Positions 19,601 to 27,771 of a DNA stretch of 64,000 nucleotides are shown here, in pieces (the first letter of the stretch is position 1; every line of letters begins with the position of its first letter). This stretch comes from Polyangiaceae bacterium (GTDB taxonomy: Bacteria > Myxococcota_A > Polyangia > Polyangiales > Polyangiaceae). The translations under genes were made by a program, and so were the position numbers. The DNA is taken from the NCBI GenBank assembly GCA_965222375.1, contig CBDCTZ010000009.1, positions 1 through 64,000 of the forward strand, written 5' to 3'. The notes under the pieces are model-generated. The model saw nothing but the letters and a program-made list of their open reading frames with translations, had not been told where the DNA came from and searched no databases.

Positions 19601-20826
19601 TGCGCCAGCGTGTTGTACGGCCCGTTGTCGTTATTGCGGTCACCCCACGCGATTTGCGCACCCCGCAATGGATCCGTAGCCTTGGCCCGCCGCATCGCGG
19701 CCCCGGCCAAGTCGGCCTCGACGGACGTGTCGATCAGCTCGTCGAGCAGGCGGCTGGCGCTGCGCAGGATCTGGGTCTGGAACTTGAGCCGGTTGGTGGC
19801 CAGGTTGGGGACGGTGGTTGAGTCGATTTGCCTCTCGGGTGGGTCCTTGGGCGGGAAATACGGAGCCTCTTCCCCCGCGGGCTCGCCGAAGATCCACTCC
19901 GAGTTTGGTTCCGCAAAGCCGATGTAATCGTCTATCGCCTTCACGAACACCTTTGAGCAGGAGCCGTCTCCCGTCTCGGTGAACCTCGCTATCGGCCAGG
20001 TGTCGTTGACCGCCAGGGTCGCCAACATGTAGATGGCTAGATCTCTAAATATGAATCTGTCGCGATTCGCCTGGGGTTTCAGCGTCCACGGGCCCGGCGG
20101 AACGCCCGGCAGCGGCGCGGCATCCGCCACTTTCTCCCAGCGCACCGGCGCAATCGCTTGAGAAAGGGCGTTCAACTCAGCGGCGATGCAGAGCAGCGCC
20201 TCGTTTTGTTGCAGCTGCTCCGAGCAGGACTCGGGTCGGCGCTGGAAGATGCTCCACGCCGTGCCGCCTCCTGACAACGCGCTCCAAGGTGGCACCACTG
20301 CCTCGTTGAGCAAGAACGTGTCCGGAATACCACCCATCTCAGGCACCATCCCGCACTCGGCGGCTGCGCCGTACACCAGCGCCCAGCCGCTGGGCATGCT
20401 CAGGTCTTGCTCGACGTTGACGCCTCCATCGTCGCCCTCGATCAAGGCCTTTTGCTTGGAGCTCGGCGCCTTCGACTTCGACACCTTCTGGTCGCCCTTC
20501 GACACGCTCTTGCCTGGCTTGGCGGTTGGCAGGCCCATCCGTTTCGCGGGCGACGCTTTGCCGTCCGCTGACGCCCCGGCTTGCAGCACTGCGTCGGTAG
20601 CACTTCCGAAACTGATCTCTTTCACCGGTGGGAACTTGACCAGCTTTCGATTCGCGCCATCGCCGACGTAGACCTGGATCGCCCACTGGCTCAGCTCGTC
20701 CGGCGGCTCGCTCGCGCCGCCAGACTTCTTCGCCGTGTCGCCGTCACCACACGAGGCGACGGCGGCCATGAGCAGCAGAAGTGCAATTCGGATCCCGTTA
20801 GTCCAATTGACCAATTGCCTTCTCAT
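13630..20826 (-). CDS. Very large lipoprotein (about 2400 aa) with coiled-coil/hydrophobic hairpin region and a C-terminus resembling the TcA TcB-binding domain
   Basis: Lipobox AVASC. Long helical stretch flanking ASGAIGGFSVGSLGGGTIAGLTNAGIGVATG. Ends GRPLDGSYRFRVW...LEDIQLVLRYRY. Start after AGGAG. The TcA resemblance is inference. Confidence 0.65.
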   Translation of the reverse strand: MRRQLVNWTNGIRIALLLLMAAVASCGDGDTAKKSGGASEPPDELSQWAIQVYVGDGANRKLVKFPPVKEISFGSATDAVLQAGASADGKASPAKRMGLPTAKPGKSVSKGDQKVSKSKAPSSKQKALIEGDDGGVNVEQDLSMPSGWALVYGAAAECGMVPEMGGIPDTFLLNEAVVPPWSALSGGGTAWSIFQRRPESCSEQLQQNEALLCIAAELNALSQAIAPVRWEKVADAAPLPGVPPGPWTLKPQANRDRFIFRDLAIYMLATLAVNDTWPIARFTETGDGSCSKVFVKAIDDYIGFAEPNSEWIFGEPAGEEAPYFPPKDPPERQIDSTTVPNLATNRLKFQTQILRSASRLLDELIDTSVEADLAGAAMRRAKATDPLRGAQIAWGDRNNDNGPYNTLAHALRVVMGRWELSPAVASVEWYTTDPKCGTVATEDLLEQAFGADRDARIEDIAIRTKGQELATQIVEKAGIVIPTSQLANTASVRAAVKAQLVGKEAAASGLLPADPQVAEIGLDRSVQFVLDDLSEADLNFALTRTFTQYRVLNTAPAVTSVVAPGGGLVPDTFVAPELGSVNGVALKDGIPRQDMEIDVMSRVAGIQNAIQCDEYFGANGLLNADWAVRTSFQDSYSLGQALARRLVVLRESVRASTGLAGEVMDELLDTSEKAAAEAQLWSGEGRIVATSDPSMSVGGIEEVVFYTLGFQPKDFAVSNVTDMAGQLILAYGEPWVADCAARLRNNCPANLNDYLLTTPSFTLNADLTDAERLYTGHDGTVGLWRFPTSGQFTPTYFPGESPTTLPTKFVYVILKNDPDSPAGKGKVLGSIALRQPDLINDDPTGGTNIVVSDKQRRHLNDIFGFNKIGNTHLGPESLSASPAYCIGGVLKNLFVPLENELTSDSDEYENSWRHYLSLARQAAERADSLGKELIELGLQKDFRREAAGENLAQICGDYAALDNVKVEKGQVSAKKPNKDQALEACLGEDKVPLVFITQNPLDFESDKEAFLHSKLGCGTSYASELCNSLSTLGPDDVVGLNLAEYVPAGAPTGASECDEVNNAVASLSTSFAGHNLQTFAAQPWISKTALTELTKRLKVRVDVDTSLTPYWALELSLTTIMNSTDTGAWPGCRRPGQTCPVEDDAKLYDRLFRRTPPGTQLGGGPDGNVDDELNAILWRVQGAVWNLGALSGSIEQGLFDVQLPASNFGPSGQRASLFTVYGPGFFVNFELPTGVPEEEREAVGTAAFIPPGMTWPQNAGIPTWLVELSAKYGTGPYLRIPAENRSRTGFGVPDIATWLSGALGNLHGISCGDPAGGTRQFGAAPGTATAAHFDAVGALTALRAGKDWGEICKSPTVGHDILALRWVSEDVYDSVFRDLVVNQRTDASVGTTPANWSVLPPFPQIEGTGAGQIDYQIVIGLPGQVTFPADTTDSGFLGYTYPQLACRHQKYGKFGIPSAAGSPGIHEVTQSCAVSNGQVLDVPYILGKPPSQQATPCNDPNECRTLAYQRTTLSLMPRSCPKENRVELFVNSYPPPFPCGAASQLAQTMALACNIGTGSVLGAVSGRPELTKLSDLEGFTRWVDQLSKDASRQASNIYLEGLPRRVVEAFNQKKVGGEAFKGDHGVKLLELRGSLEGLAGGWNRVSGNLAQLHEAIKSAQISIQGAKISQKQAMVAFAMQRLSIHASMLQSASGAIGGFSVGSLGGGTIAGLTNAGIGVATGAAQLEKVKEGEKLAAASEGNAVSAALNQLQLVSGPLYTDLQNALGDIRASASTVLAIVEQIRQNERKAKYEAAKGSGADYVEIDGQKVPFPVNTVQRRLYDATNLRYQQALKEAKYLSYVARLAIEQRLGVRLAGLTQPIGPIDAPAEWADDVCSLTGVDYTKLSTFVGPDGGTPTDAGEQAIIAEFADQYIGDYVTKLEGFVEYYNIEYPSHDGDDTTVLSLRDDLLGPPQACTVEAPNMLYYSSDLAGYDFIDVGGTPTTRGWELTPCDATGTTCLRVDRSSALAVPQTLPAAGTPPETAGNDFSWLHDFAAPGGVDAGADGGSGPEGGIPTIDLPRTVAQTVTLTAGASYVLSWWDQARAPDGTLLPAASTGVQYSVTVLAPDGSVAGSFTGAPFVPDPNPPDAGPAPSAWSERRAVGLTASQSGDYKVVFAAAAFPNELGSVLIASVQLEEAPPASLPGPYFDVKSTRLIASSNCGGLTKEDVQGAFRYACDTNNQCFYELVSPLVFDTGNLGVGDSRLTGLLAADNFNFRHITVAVNLVGTGVYDCSNNPTQSCFSKAYVDYTLNHDAFQVGVLSWTGPKDKQIFNFGSAAINHGKALAAERYITLPVGSADQALLSQAGVEKPEYRGRPLDGSYRFRVWDSPQLRWNRLEDIQLVLRYRYWSPIQPQAGQ

Positions 20827-20837
20827 CTTCCCTCTCC

Positions 20838-21887
20838 TTACGAACAGCACCGGAATCCCGACCAGAGTTTCGGATCGCCCGACCCCGGGGAGCAGTACTC
20901 GCCCTTCACCACTGCGCAGCTCGAATGGTCAGACGAACAAGCGTTCAGCCACTCGCTCTGATTTCCCACCAGGTCGAAGACCTTGTCGAACGGCGCGGTC
21001 GTACCCCGACACCATGGATCGCTCATCACAGGCTTGATTGTCGTGGTGCCCGCAATGCAGATCAGCGTGTTGAGCAGATCACCGTACGGGAACTTCGTCG
21101 TGCCCCCCTGCGTGCACGCATGCATGTGTTGACTGATCTTTGGATCGTACGTGGGCGTGAGCGGGGGTATCGCAATCGACCCGCCCCCGATCTTTCCGCA
21201 CAACCGCTTGCCCGCCCAGGCGCAGAATGCCGTGGCGTCGCACCAATCGACCGCCACGGGGATGTTCCCCGTTCCACTGAACTTCTTGTCGAAGCTGGGG
21301 TTGTCCGCGGCGCACCAGCCGGTTTGCGTCGGCGGGTTCGTTTTCGCTTCGGCGGCGAACACGTCGTACTGCGCGTGGGTCACCTCGGTGCTGTCGATGC
21401 AGAACGTGCCCACGTCGACCATCGTTGGCCCTTTGCCTTGCGGACACCCCGCAACACCGCCGCTGCCACCGGATCCCGAAGCGCCACCAGCGCCCGCGCT
21501 TCCCGATGCACCGCTGCTACCCGAGCTGCCGCCGCTGCCCGACGAGCCACTCGCACCCCCACTGCCCGCACCCGCGCCAACTCCGCCGCTCGCGCCAACT
21601 CCGCCGCTGCCGCTAGCGCCCCCGGTCGCGCCACCACCGTCGTTGTTTGTTCCACCTGTGCCGCCGGAGCATGAACAAATGCCCCACGCCTTCCCATCGG
21701 GGTTACAGATCTGGACTGCCTCCGTTGCGCAGCCTGGGCTCAGGCATGCCTGGGTCGCGCCGGGGTCGCACACTCGGTCGCCCCCACCTTCCGAGTCATC
21801 TCCACCACAGTTTGTGAGCAGCGCCGTGCCCAGTAGGCACACCGCCCAGGTGATACGCCTCAGTGGTGATCGTGTTTTCTGGTTCAT
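20838..21887 (-). CDS. Lipoprotein with formylglycine-generating-enzyme (FGE-sulfatase/SUMF1)-like domain
   Basis: LLTNC lipobox, Gly/Ser linker, FCIDSTEVT...VDWCDATAFCAWAGKRLC...DLVGNQSEW...GFRCC. Confidence 0.85.
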   Translation of the reverse strand: MNQKTRSPLRRITWAVCLLGTALLTNCGGDDSEGGGDRVCDPGATQACLSPGCATEAVQICNPDGKAWGICSCSGGTGGTNNDGGGATGGASGSGGVGASGGVGAGAGSGGASGSSGSGGSSGSSGASGSAGAGGASGSGGSGGVAGCPQGKGPTMVDVGTFCIDSTEVTHAQYDVFAAEAKTNPPTQTGWCAADNPSFDKKFSGTGNIPVAVDWCDATAFCAWAGKRLCGKIGGGSIAIPPLTPTYDPKISQHMHACTQGGTTKFPYGDLLNTLICIAGTTTIKPVMSDPWCRGTTAPFDKVFDLVGNQSEWLNACSSDHSSCAVVKGEYCSPGSGDPKLWSGFRCCS

Positions 21888-21952
21888 CCCTGCGCCCTCA
21901 GTCTCCGTCCCCTTTGGCTTCCGACATTCACCCACGTGCAATACGTGGGTGC

Positions 21953-21968
21953 AGCACGTGTCGTGCCA
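21953..21968 (-). promoter_or_regulatory. sigma54 (-24/-12) promoter upstream of the toxin-associated operon
   Basis: Minus strand TGGCACGACACGTGCT, i.e. GG-N10-GC with a TGGCACG -24 box, about 65 nt before ATG 21887. Confidence 0.65.
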
Positions 21969-22226
21969 TCAACAAAAAGATGTGACCTTGTTGGTTCATC
22001 TGGATCCCGCTCTGTTATCGCCCGCTGACTGCCCCCCCAGTTCGCGCAGCCGCGGCAGAGGTACGATACGCGAACTGGTGCTTCGCTATCCACCGCAATC
22101 TGCCACACCACAGTTCTAAGGTGCGTGTGGGTGTAGGAATCGGAGCAATCAGAGTTATCTGACGCGCGCATTATGCGCCATCACGTATCGCCGCTGGCAC
22201 AAGTGGCACAAAGACCTGGCGTCGCG

Positions 22227-22245
22227 GATGTGTCGTTGACACATC
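22227..22245. promoter_or_regulatory. Perfect 8-3-8 palindrome, candidate transcription-factor site
   Basis: GATGTGTC-GTT-GACACATC. Confidence 0.5.
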
Positions 22246-22265
22246 TTGGCACCGCGGGTGTGTCC

Positions 22266-22302
22266 TTTCAAGAGTTGTGCAAGTCTTGCTCAACTCTTGA
22301 AA
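22266..22302. repeat. 37-bp AT-rich palindrome (18-bp arms, 1 mismatch, 1-nt centre)
   Basis: TTTCAAGAGTTGTGCAAG-T-CTTGCTCAACTCTTGAAA. Confidence 0.85.
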
Positions 22303-22718
22303 AATATGTTTTGAGTCAAGCACCTACGCGATGGGGTCTGGGCGCGCTTGCCTACTGCACGCCAAGGAGCGACGCGAAGAAACCAGCACCCGAACGACAA
22401 TGAAAGGCCCCACCCATGGCCGCAATTGTGACTGCTTGCCGTGGTTCTGCGCAATGTGCGTGCGTGTCGCACCCCGGCGTTCGCGCCCTCGAGCAAGCGA
22501 GGTTTTCCGGGTTCCGGACTTGACGGGAATCAATTGGATCGCATCGCAGACCGGGCCGTATTGACACTCAACCACCCTTTGCAGCTTGGTCAGCTTCACC
22601 GCTCCGTTGCTCGCCGCGGGGCGAGGCGGGAGTCGCGCCCCTGGACAACGCAGCGAAGCGACTCCCGTGAAGCCAGCTCGAGCGAGTCTTCTCCGCTCGA
22701 TCGCGGCGTTGGAGCGCG

Positions 22719-25073
22719 TCACTTCCGCTGACGAGCTCGCCGCTTGGTCTCGGTCCGCTCCGCTCGTAGCTCGCAGACACGTTTGGCGTGGGCGAGCTCG
22801 CCGGTGTCGGGATCGAAGTTCACCCGGGCTCGGTCCCCTCGAGCCTTGATCGCGGCTCGATCATAGGCCTCCGCCGCTTCCTCTTCGACGTCGAAGCTTC
22901 CAAGCCCCACGGTCCGATTGTTGATGCCGATCTGGGCAAACCACCTGCCACCCGACCGGTGCATCGATACCCCGCGATATTGGCTCGACATGGTGCGTTT
23001 CCGTTCGCACAGAGCCTCAGACTGAAGGGTTGCCGCATCTGCCGGCTTTAGCTTTCCTTTCCGGTACTTGAAGTTCAGCTCAGCGTCTTCGCCGAAGTAG
23101 AAGCAGGCTGCGCGATCGTAAGCGCGGGCAGCGGCTTTTTCGGTTTGCCACGAGCCCAGCGACAAGAACTCTCCTGAGAGCTGCATGAATGCCTTCCAGG
23201 GCCGCGAGCCTCCTCCGGACAGCAGCTTGCGGCGCCCGCCCTTGCCCCTGCTCTCGTGCCGAAACCCCTTGCGGCTGCCATGGCGATTGCTCCACGAAAC
23301 ACCGAAATATTCGCTGGTGTTGTGGCGCGTCTTGAATTGCTTGCGAGCCAGACGCTGCAGCTTCTGTGGAGATGCTGGCCCGAGCTTCGCGCTCACGCGC
23401 GGGAAGTTGAGTTCGGCAGGAAGGCCAAGATGCAGAGCGCCACGGTCCCGCGCGATTGCTGCATCTCGCCCGCTTTTCCAACGCCCCAAGAACACGTTGC
23501 GGCCGTTGCAGTTGATCGACGCCGCGAAGCGGTCGGTTCGCGGCTCGTAGAGGACGCCCACCCAGCGCATGGCCATCTCATCAAGGCGGCGGCGGCGCGC
23601 TTGCCGCGCCTTACGACTCGACACGCCACACCGCAGTCTGCCCAGTAGTTCCTCGCCTGTCTCTGGGTCGAAGTTCAAGCGCGCAGCGCGGCCCTGGATC
23701 TGAAGCGTCCGTCGGTCGAACTCACGGGCGGCTTCTTCCTCTGTTTCGAACGGTCCAATGTTCTGCCGTATGCCATCGATCGAGACCGAGCACGACCAGC
23801 TACTACCGGTGAAGACAACACCGCGGTATTTGCTTCGGGGATTTTCCAGACCCGCTTTTCGACACGCGAGTCGAGCTTCCGTCTTGAGGTCGTCCGGTGT
23901 CGCCGGTCCCCTTTTCTTGGCAGCCGCAGGCAGGTTCAGTGCCGCCTCTGGGTATCCTAACCACAGTGCTGCGCGGTCATGGGCGAGGGCTGCCGCTTCC
24001 TCACTTGGCCAGAGCCCGAGGCCTACCGAGCGCGGGGGGCTTGTCGAAGTGGCAATCATTGCTTGCCAGCGCGGGCCGTTTCGCAACACGCCGGCGTAAG
24101 AGCTGCCCCGCTGACCCCTCCTTGCGCGCTCGCGTTGCTCCAGCACAAAACGTTCGAGCTCATCGCTTGTTGTCGGCTCTGAGGTGCCCTTGGCCTCATG
24201 CCGGAGGGCGTGCTTCCGTTTCGCCCCAGGCTTCTTTCGCGTGGACCGCGCCGCTCGGAGTTCGCACACTCGCTTGGCGTTGGTGAAATCGCCTGTGTCC
24301 GGATCGAAATTTACCCGTGCACGGTCTCCAAACGCCTTGATCGCGGCTCGGTCGTACGCCCTCGCGGCGTCCTCTTCGACATCAAAACCTCCCAGAATCT
24401 GCGTTTGACCATCAACGGAGATGCCCGCCATCCAGCCGCCGCCGCTCGCTTTGAGCGAAACACCTCGATAACGACTCGTGGTCGCGCGTTTCACCGCGCC
24501 TAGGGCCTCGGATTGCAAGGTAGCTGCGTCCGCGGGACGCAACTCTCCTTCCTCGTAGTCAAAGTTGAGCTCGGCGCTTTCACCATTGTAGTACCTCGAA
24601 GCGCGGTCATAGGCGCGAGCTGCTGCTTCCTCCGTTTCCCATGAGCCAAGCTGCAAACGCTTGCCAGCACTCCGTAGCGCCGCATTCCAACGTCCCCGGC
24701 TGCTGCTTTTTCTTCCACTGGACTCTTGGGACCCGCGTTCAACCAGCCAAACACCGCGATAGCTGCTCGTTGTGCCATTTCTCGTCCTGAGCTTTTCGCG
24801 TGCAAGCTTCTTCAACACTTGCGGTGATGCCGGCCCGAGCTTCTTGCTCACCCGCGGATGGTTGAGCTTCAAGGCCAGAGCGAAATGCAGCGCCGCGCGG
24901 TCGCGAGCGATCGCCGCGTCACGCGCCTCCGTCCAACGTCCCAGGTAGACGCTACGGCCATTCACATGAACAGTCGCAGCGAATCGACCGGTCTGCCGAT
25001 CGTACCCGACACCGGTGTTACTGCTGTGACCATGGCTGCCGCGCGCTTTGCCCACGAGATCCTCCACAAACAC
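22719..25073 (-). CDS. Protein of eight tandem AP2 DNA-binding domains
   Basis: Eight units of the form S.YRGV...W.A.I...G....[15 protein letters not shown]......A.LNF. Units 1-3 resemble units 6-8. Confidence 0.88.
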   Translation of the reverse strand: MFVEDLVGKARGSHGHSSNTGVGYDRQTGRFAATVHVNGRSVYLGRWTEARDAAIARDRAALHFALALKLNHPRVSKKLGPASPQVLKKLAREKLRTRNGTTSSYRGVWLVERGSQESSGRKSSSRGRWNAALRSAGKRLQLGSWETEEAAARAYDRASRYYNGESAELNFDYEEGELRPADAATLQSEALGAVKRATTSRYRGVSLKASGGGWMAGISVDGQTQILGGFDVEEDAARAYDRAAIKAFGDRARVNFDPDTGDFTNAKRVCELRAARSTRKKPGAKRKHALRHEAKGTSEPTTSDELERFVLEQRERARRGQRGSSYAGVLRNGPRWQAMIATSTSPPRSVGLGLWPSEEAAALAHDRAALWLGYPEAALNLPAAAKKRGPATPDDLKTEARLACRKAGLENPRSKYRGVVFTGSSWSCSVSIDGIRQNIGPFETEEEAAREFDRRTLQIQGRAARLNFDPETGEELLGRLRCGVSSRKARQARRRRLDEMAMRWVGVLYEPRTDRFAASINCNGRNVFLGRWKSGRDAAIARDRGALHLGLPAELNFPRVSAKLGPASPQKLQRLARKQFKTRHNTSEYFGVSWSNRHGSRKGFRHESRGKGGRRKLLSGGGSRPWKAFMQLSGEFLSLGSWQTEKAAARAYDRAACFYFGEDAELNFKYRKGKLKPADAATLQSEALCERKRTMSSQYRGVSMHRSGGRWFAQIGINNRTVGLGSFDVEEEAAEAYDRAAIKARGDRARVNFDPDTGELAHAKRVCELRAERTETKRRARQRK

Positions 25074-25254
25074 CGGCTCACTTCGCGTCGGATGTTCGAA
25101 CCGTCAGAACCATCGATTCGTAGGATAGCGCAGCGCCAGCCGCGCGGGCCAGTGCGCCTCCCGCAGCGACCCGTCTCCTCAAGTGGCCCCACTGGAAGCG
25201 TGCGCTGCGCAGCAATGAAGAGGGGGGCCAGGCGTTACGCAGCCGTCAGAATGA

Positions 25255-26625
25255 CTACGCTTTGCGAGGCCGCGCCTTGCGGCGTCGTGTCTTGCTCCGC
25301 CGAGCGGGCTCACGAGTGGCCGGTACATCACTGGCGCGCTTGCCGCAGAGCTCTTCCCCGGTAGTGGGATGAAAGTTGAGGTAAGCGCGCTTGCCCAAGT
25401 GCCGCGAGGCTTGGGCATCGTACCAGCGAGCGGCGGACTCCTCGTCGTCGTGGACGGAGCTGTATCGCTGGCCTTGACGGTTGAAAGCCGCTTTCCAGGT
25501 TGAGCTGCCTGCATTGAAACGAACCCCGCGAAAGCGGCTGGAGGTTCGCGCTTTGGACGGCGCGTTTGCCTCGGCCACCAAAGTCGCCGCGTCGGCGGGG
25601 ACCAGCGCGGATGCCTGCTTCGGAAAATTCAGGCGAAGACGCTCCGGCGGAGCGTCGTAGTAGAACAGCACCGCCCGATCGCGAGCCTGTGCCGCGGCAC
25701 GCTGAGAGGGCCAGCTCCCCAGGTGTTTCGTGGTCGAGCGTCCACGTTCGGTCAGTACTAGCTGCGCCACCCACGGCCGCGTCCTCTCGGAAGCAAGCAG
25801 ACAGACGCCCTCATAGCGACTGCTAGTGCCTTGCTTGAAGGGCTTGCGCGCAATCCGTCGCGCCTCTGGCAACGAAAGCGCCGAGCCGGCCTCCTTCGGG
25901 AAGTTCAAGCGCGCATTTTTGCCGTTGCGCCACTTTTCTACGCGGTCGCGGATCAGCGCCGCTTGTTTCTCGTCGGCAAAGTGCCCGACGTGCCTGAACG
26001 TACCGTCTATACGCACCCTGACTGCCCAAAGCTCCTGGGCCGAGTCCCAGTAAACCCCCCAGAATGGGCTGCTGCCTCCTGTCAGCTCTTGGTGTCGAGC
26101 GTGGGCCAGCCGCCGGAGCTCGGCTACCGACGCGCCGCCCAGCTTCTTGGCTGCTCGTGGCAAGTTGAGCTGTACATCGTCGGCGCCGAAACCAAGCAGG
26201 GCTCGATCACGGGCAAGCGCCGCCTCACGCTCGGTCGGCCAGATCCCCAGTGCAAAGGTCTTTCCCTCGAGCGTCACCCGCGCACTGAACGCTCCCTCCC
26301 GGAAGCCCTCGGTTTGGCGGGTTACGCCTTCGTATCGGACTCTGCCGCTGGCACGCCGGTACTCGAGCCGCGCTAGCTTTCGCAGCTCGGCCTGCGAGGC
26401 GGGGCCCAACTTCTTCGCACGTTTCGGGAAGTTCAGCTCCCGTGAGGCCCCGAGGAACAGCACCATTCGGTCGTGGGCCAGCGCGGCGCCTTTCTCTGTG
26501 AGCCAAACGCCAGCATGGACTATCCGCTCGCCGACCCTGAACTTCGCCTGAAAGCTACCGCTGCGGCCACCGGAACGAACGCGCTGAACGCCGTTGTAGC
26601 GCGAGGTTTTGCGTCTGGCTGCCAC
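25255..26625 (-). CDS. Protein of five tandem AP2 DNA-binding domains
   Basis: SRYNGV, VRYEGV, SPFWGV, SRYEGV and SRFRGV units, each ending AA...D....LNF/L. Confidence 0.85.
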   Translation of the reverse strand: MAARRKTSRYNGVQRVRSGGRSGSFQAKFRVGERIVHAGVWLTEKGAALAHDRMVLFLGASRELNFPKRAKKLGPASQAELRKLARLEYRRASGRVRYEGVTRQTEGFREGAFSARVTLEGKTFALGIWPTEREAALARDRALLGFGADDVQLNLPRAAKKLGGASVAELRRLAHARHQELTGGSSPFWGVYWDSAQELWAVRVRIDGTFRHVGHFADEKQAALIRDRVEKWRNGKNARLNFPKEAGSALSLPEARRIARKPFKQGTSSRYEGVCLLASERTRPWVAQLVLTERGRSTTKHLGSWPSQRAAAQARDRAVLFYYDAPPERLRLNFPKQASALVPADAATLVAEANAPSKARTSSRFRGVRFNAGSSTWKAAFNRQGQRYSSVHDDEESAARWYDAQASRHLGKRAYLNFHPTTGEELCGKRASDVPATREPARRSKTRRRKARPRKA

Positions 26626-26874
26626 GAGCAGGCACTCTACCGTTGGCAGGTAGGAGACGCCAAGGCAGATGGAACCTGTTGCCGTAGCCTAGCCGGCGTG
26701 CGCGGCACTCTCTACTGCAAGGGCACGTGGCAGATACGACCGGCGCCGCTGCCGAAGGTGGGCGCTTCGTAGGCGTCAATTCCCGAGACGCGCGCCCAGT
26801 GGCTCCGCTGTCCGAAGATCGGCAAAGTTCCGCGGCCCGTTGCACCCCATCGCCCCCCGCGCGAAGCTCCGCCC

Positions 26875-27771
26875 GTGGCACCGCGACGCAAGAGTACGCC
26901 GCACCGCTCCTGGACCCTCGCTGATCTGCGCAAAGCGGCCCAGGCGCATAAGGGCCGCTGCCTGAGCCGAGCATATGCGGGCCTAAACGAAGCCCACAAG
27001 TGGCGCTGCGCTAAGGGCCACGTGTTCGAGATGCGCGCCATCGCCGTCGTGAAATCGCGGGCGCAGAGCCCGCAGCAGGGCCGGCGGAAACGCGCTCGGC
27101 GCACCAGGCCAGCTCGCGCGGCGCCATCCGCCGACGCGGACCCAGCGCCAGGGCCAAGACCCGAGCTACCACCCGAAGCGGTTCCGCAGCCCGCGGTCCC
27201 CGCGACAGCGCGCACTGCAGACCCGCCCACACGCGGCCTGCTGACCACGCGTGAGGCCACCGCCTACTGCGGCTTCAAGAGCGATTCCGCTCTGCGAAAA
27301 GCGAAGCACGAGGGCCGAATTGTGGCCGCGGGCCGCCGTGGCGCCCGGGGCACGCTCATGTGGGAGACCCAGGAGCTCGACCGATTCCTGCGCGGCGATT
27401 CACCTGGTACGATCCCCTCGGATCGTCCGGGCGCGCCGCCATTTGGAGGCGTACATGGACAACTGGAAGAAGCGTTGGAAGAGCTGGATCAAGCCGACGA
27501 GGCTACCCGGCGTTTGGAAAAGAAAGGAAGGAGGTCATCTAGTGCGCGCCCGAGTCACCAACCCGACGACGGGGCGCATGGAGGAAATCCGGAAGGTGCT
27601 GCCCGAAGCCGATCAGGCAGCGGCGTTCAAGTGGCTGTCGGACGAGCGGGCACGCGTGCGGGCCGGCCTCGGCTCAGCTCAGCTAGTGAGGACGCGCTTC
27701 GGCGACTTCGCGATTTCCGTGTTGGAGCACAAGGTCCAGCAGGGACATCTGCGAAGCCAAAAAAGCGCTGA
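26875..27771 (+). CDS. Excisionase-like HTH protein with N-terminal partial zinc-ribbon module; tail overlaps the integrase
   Basis: GRCLSRAY...WRCAKGHVF and LLTTREATAYCGFKSDSALRKAKHEGRI...WETQELDRFL (HTH_17-like), directly upstream of the integrase. Confidence 0.6.
   Translation: MAPRRKSTPHRSWTLADLRKAAQAHKGRCLSRAYAGLNEAHKWRCAKGHVFEMRAIAVVKSRAQSPQQGRRKRARRTRPARAAPSADADPAPGPRPELPPEAVPQPAVPATARTADPPTRGLLTTREATAYCGFKSDSALRKAKHEGRIVAAGRRGARGTLMWETQELDRFLRGDSPGTIPSDRPGAPPFGGVHGQLEEALEELDQADEATRRLEKKGRRSSSARPSHQPDDGAHGGNPEGAARSRSGSGVQVAVGRAGTRAGRPRLSSASEDALRRLRDFRVGAQGPAGTSAKPKKR

Noticed and set aside
22194..22212. Tandem TGGCACAA on the plus strand as sigma54 promoters
   Set aside because: No correctly spaced -12 GC and no credible plus-strand gene downstream.
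27251..27454. N-terminal extension of the listed 551-aa integrase ORF
   Set aside because: It overlaps the excisionase HTH. ATG 27455 has a GGAGG RBS.
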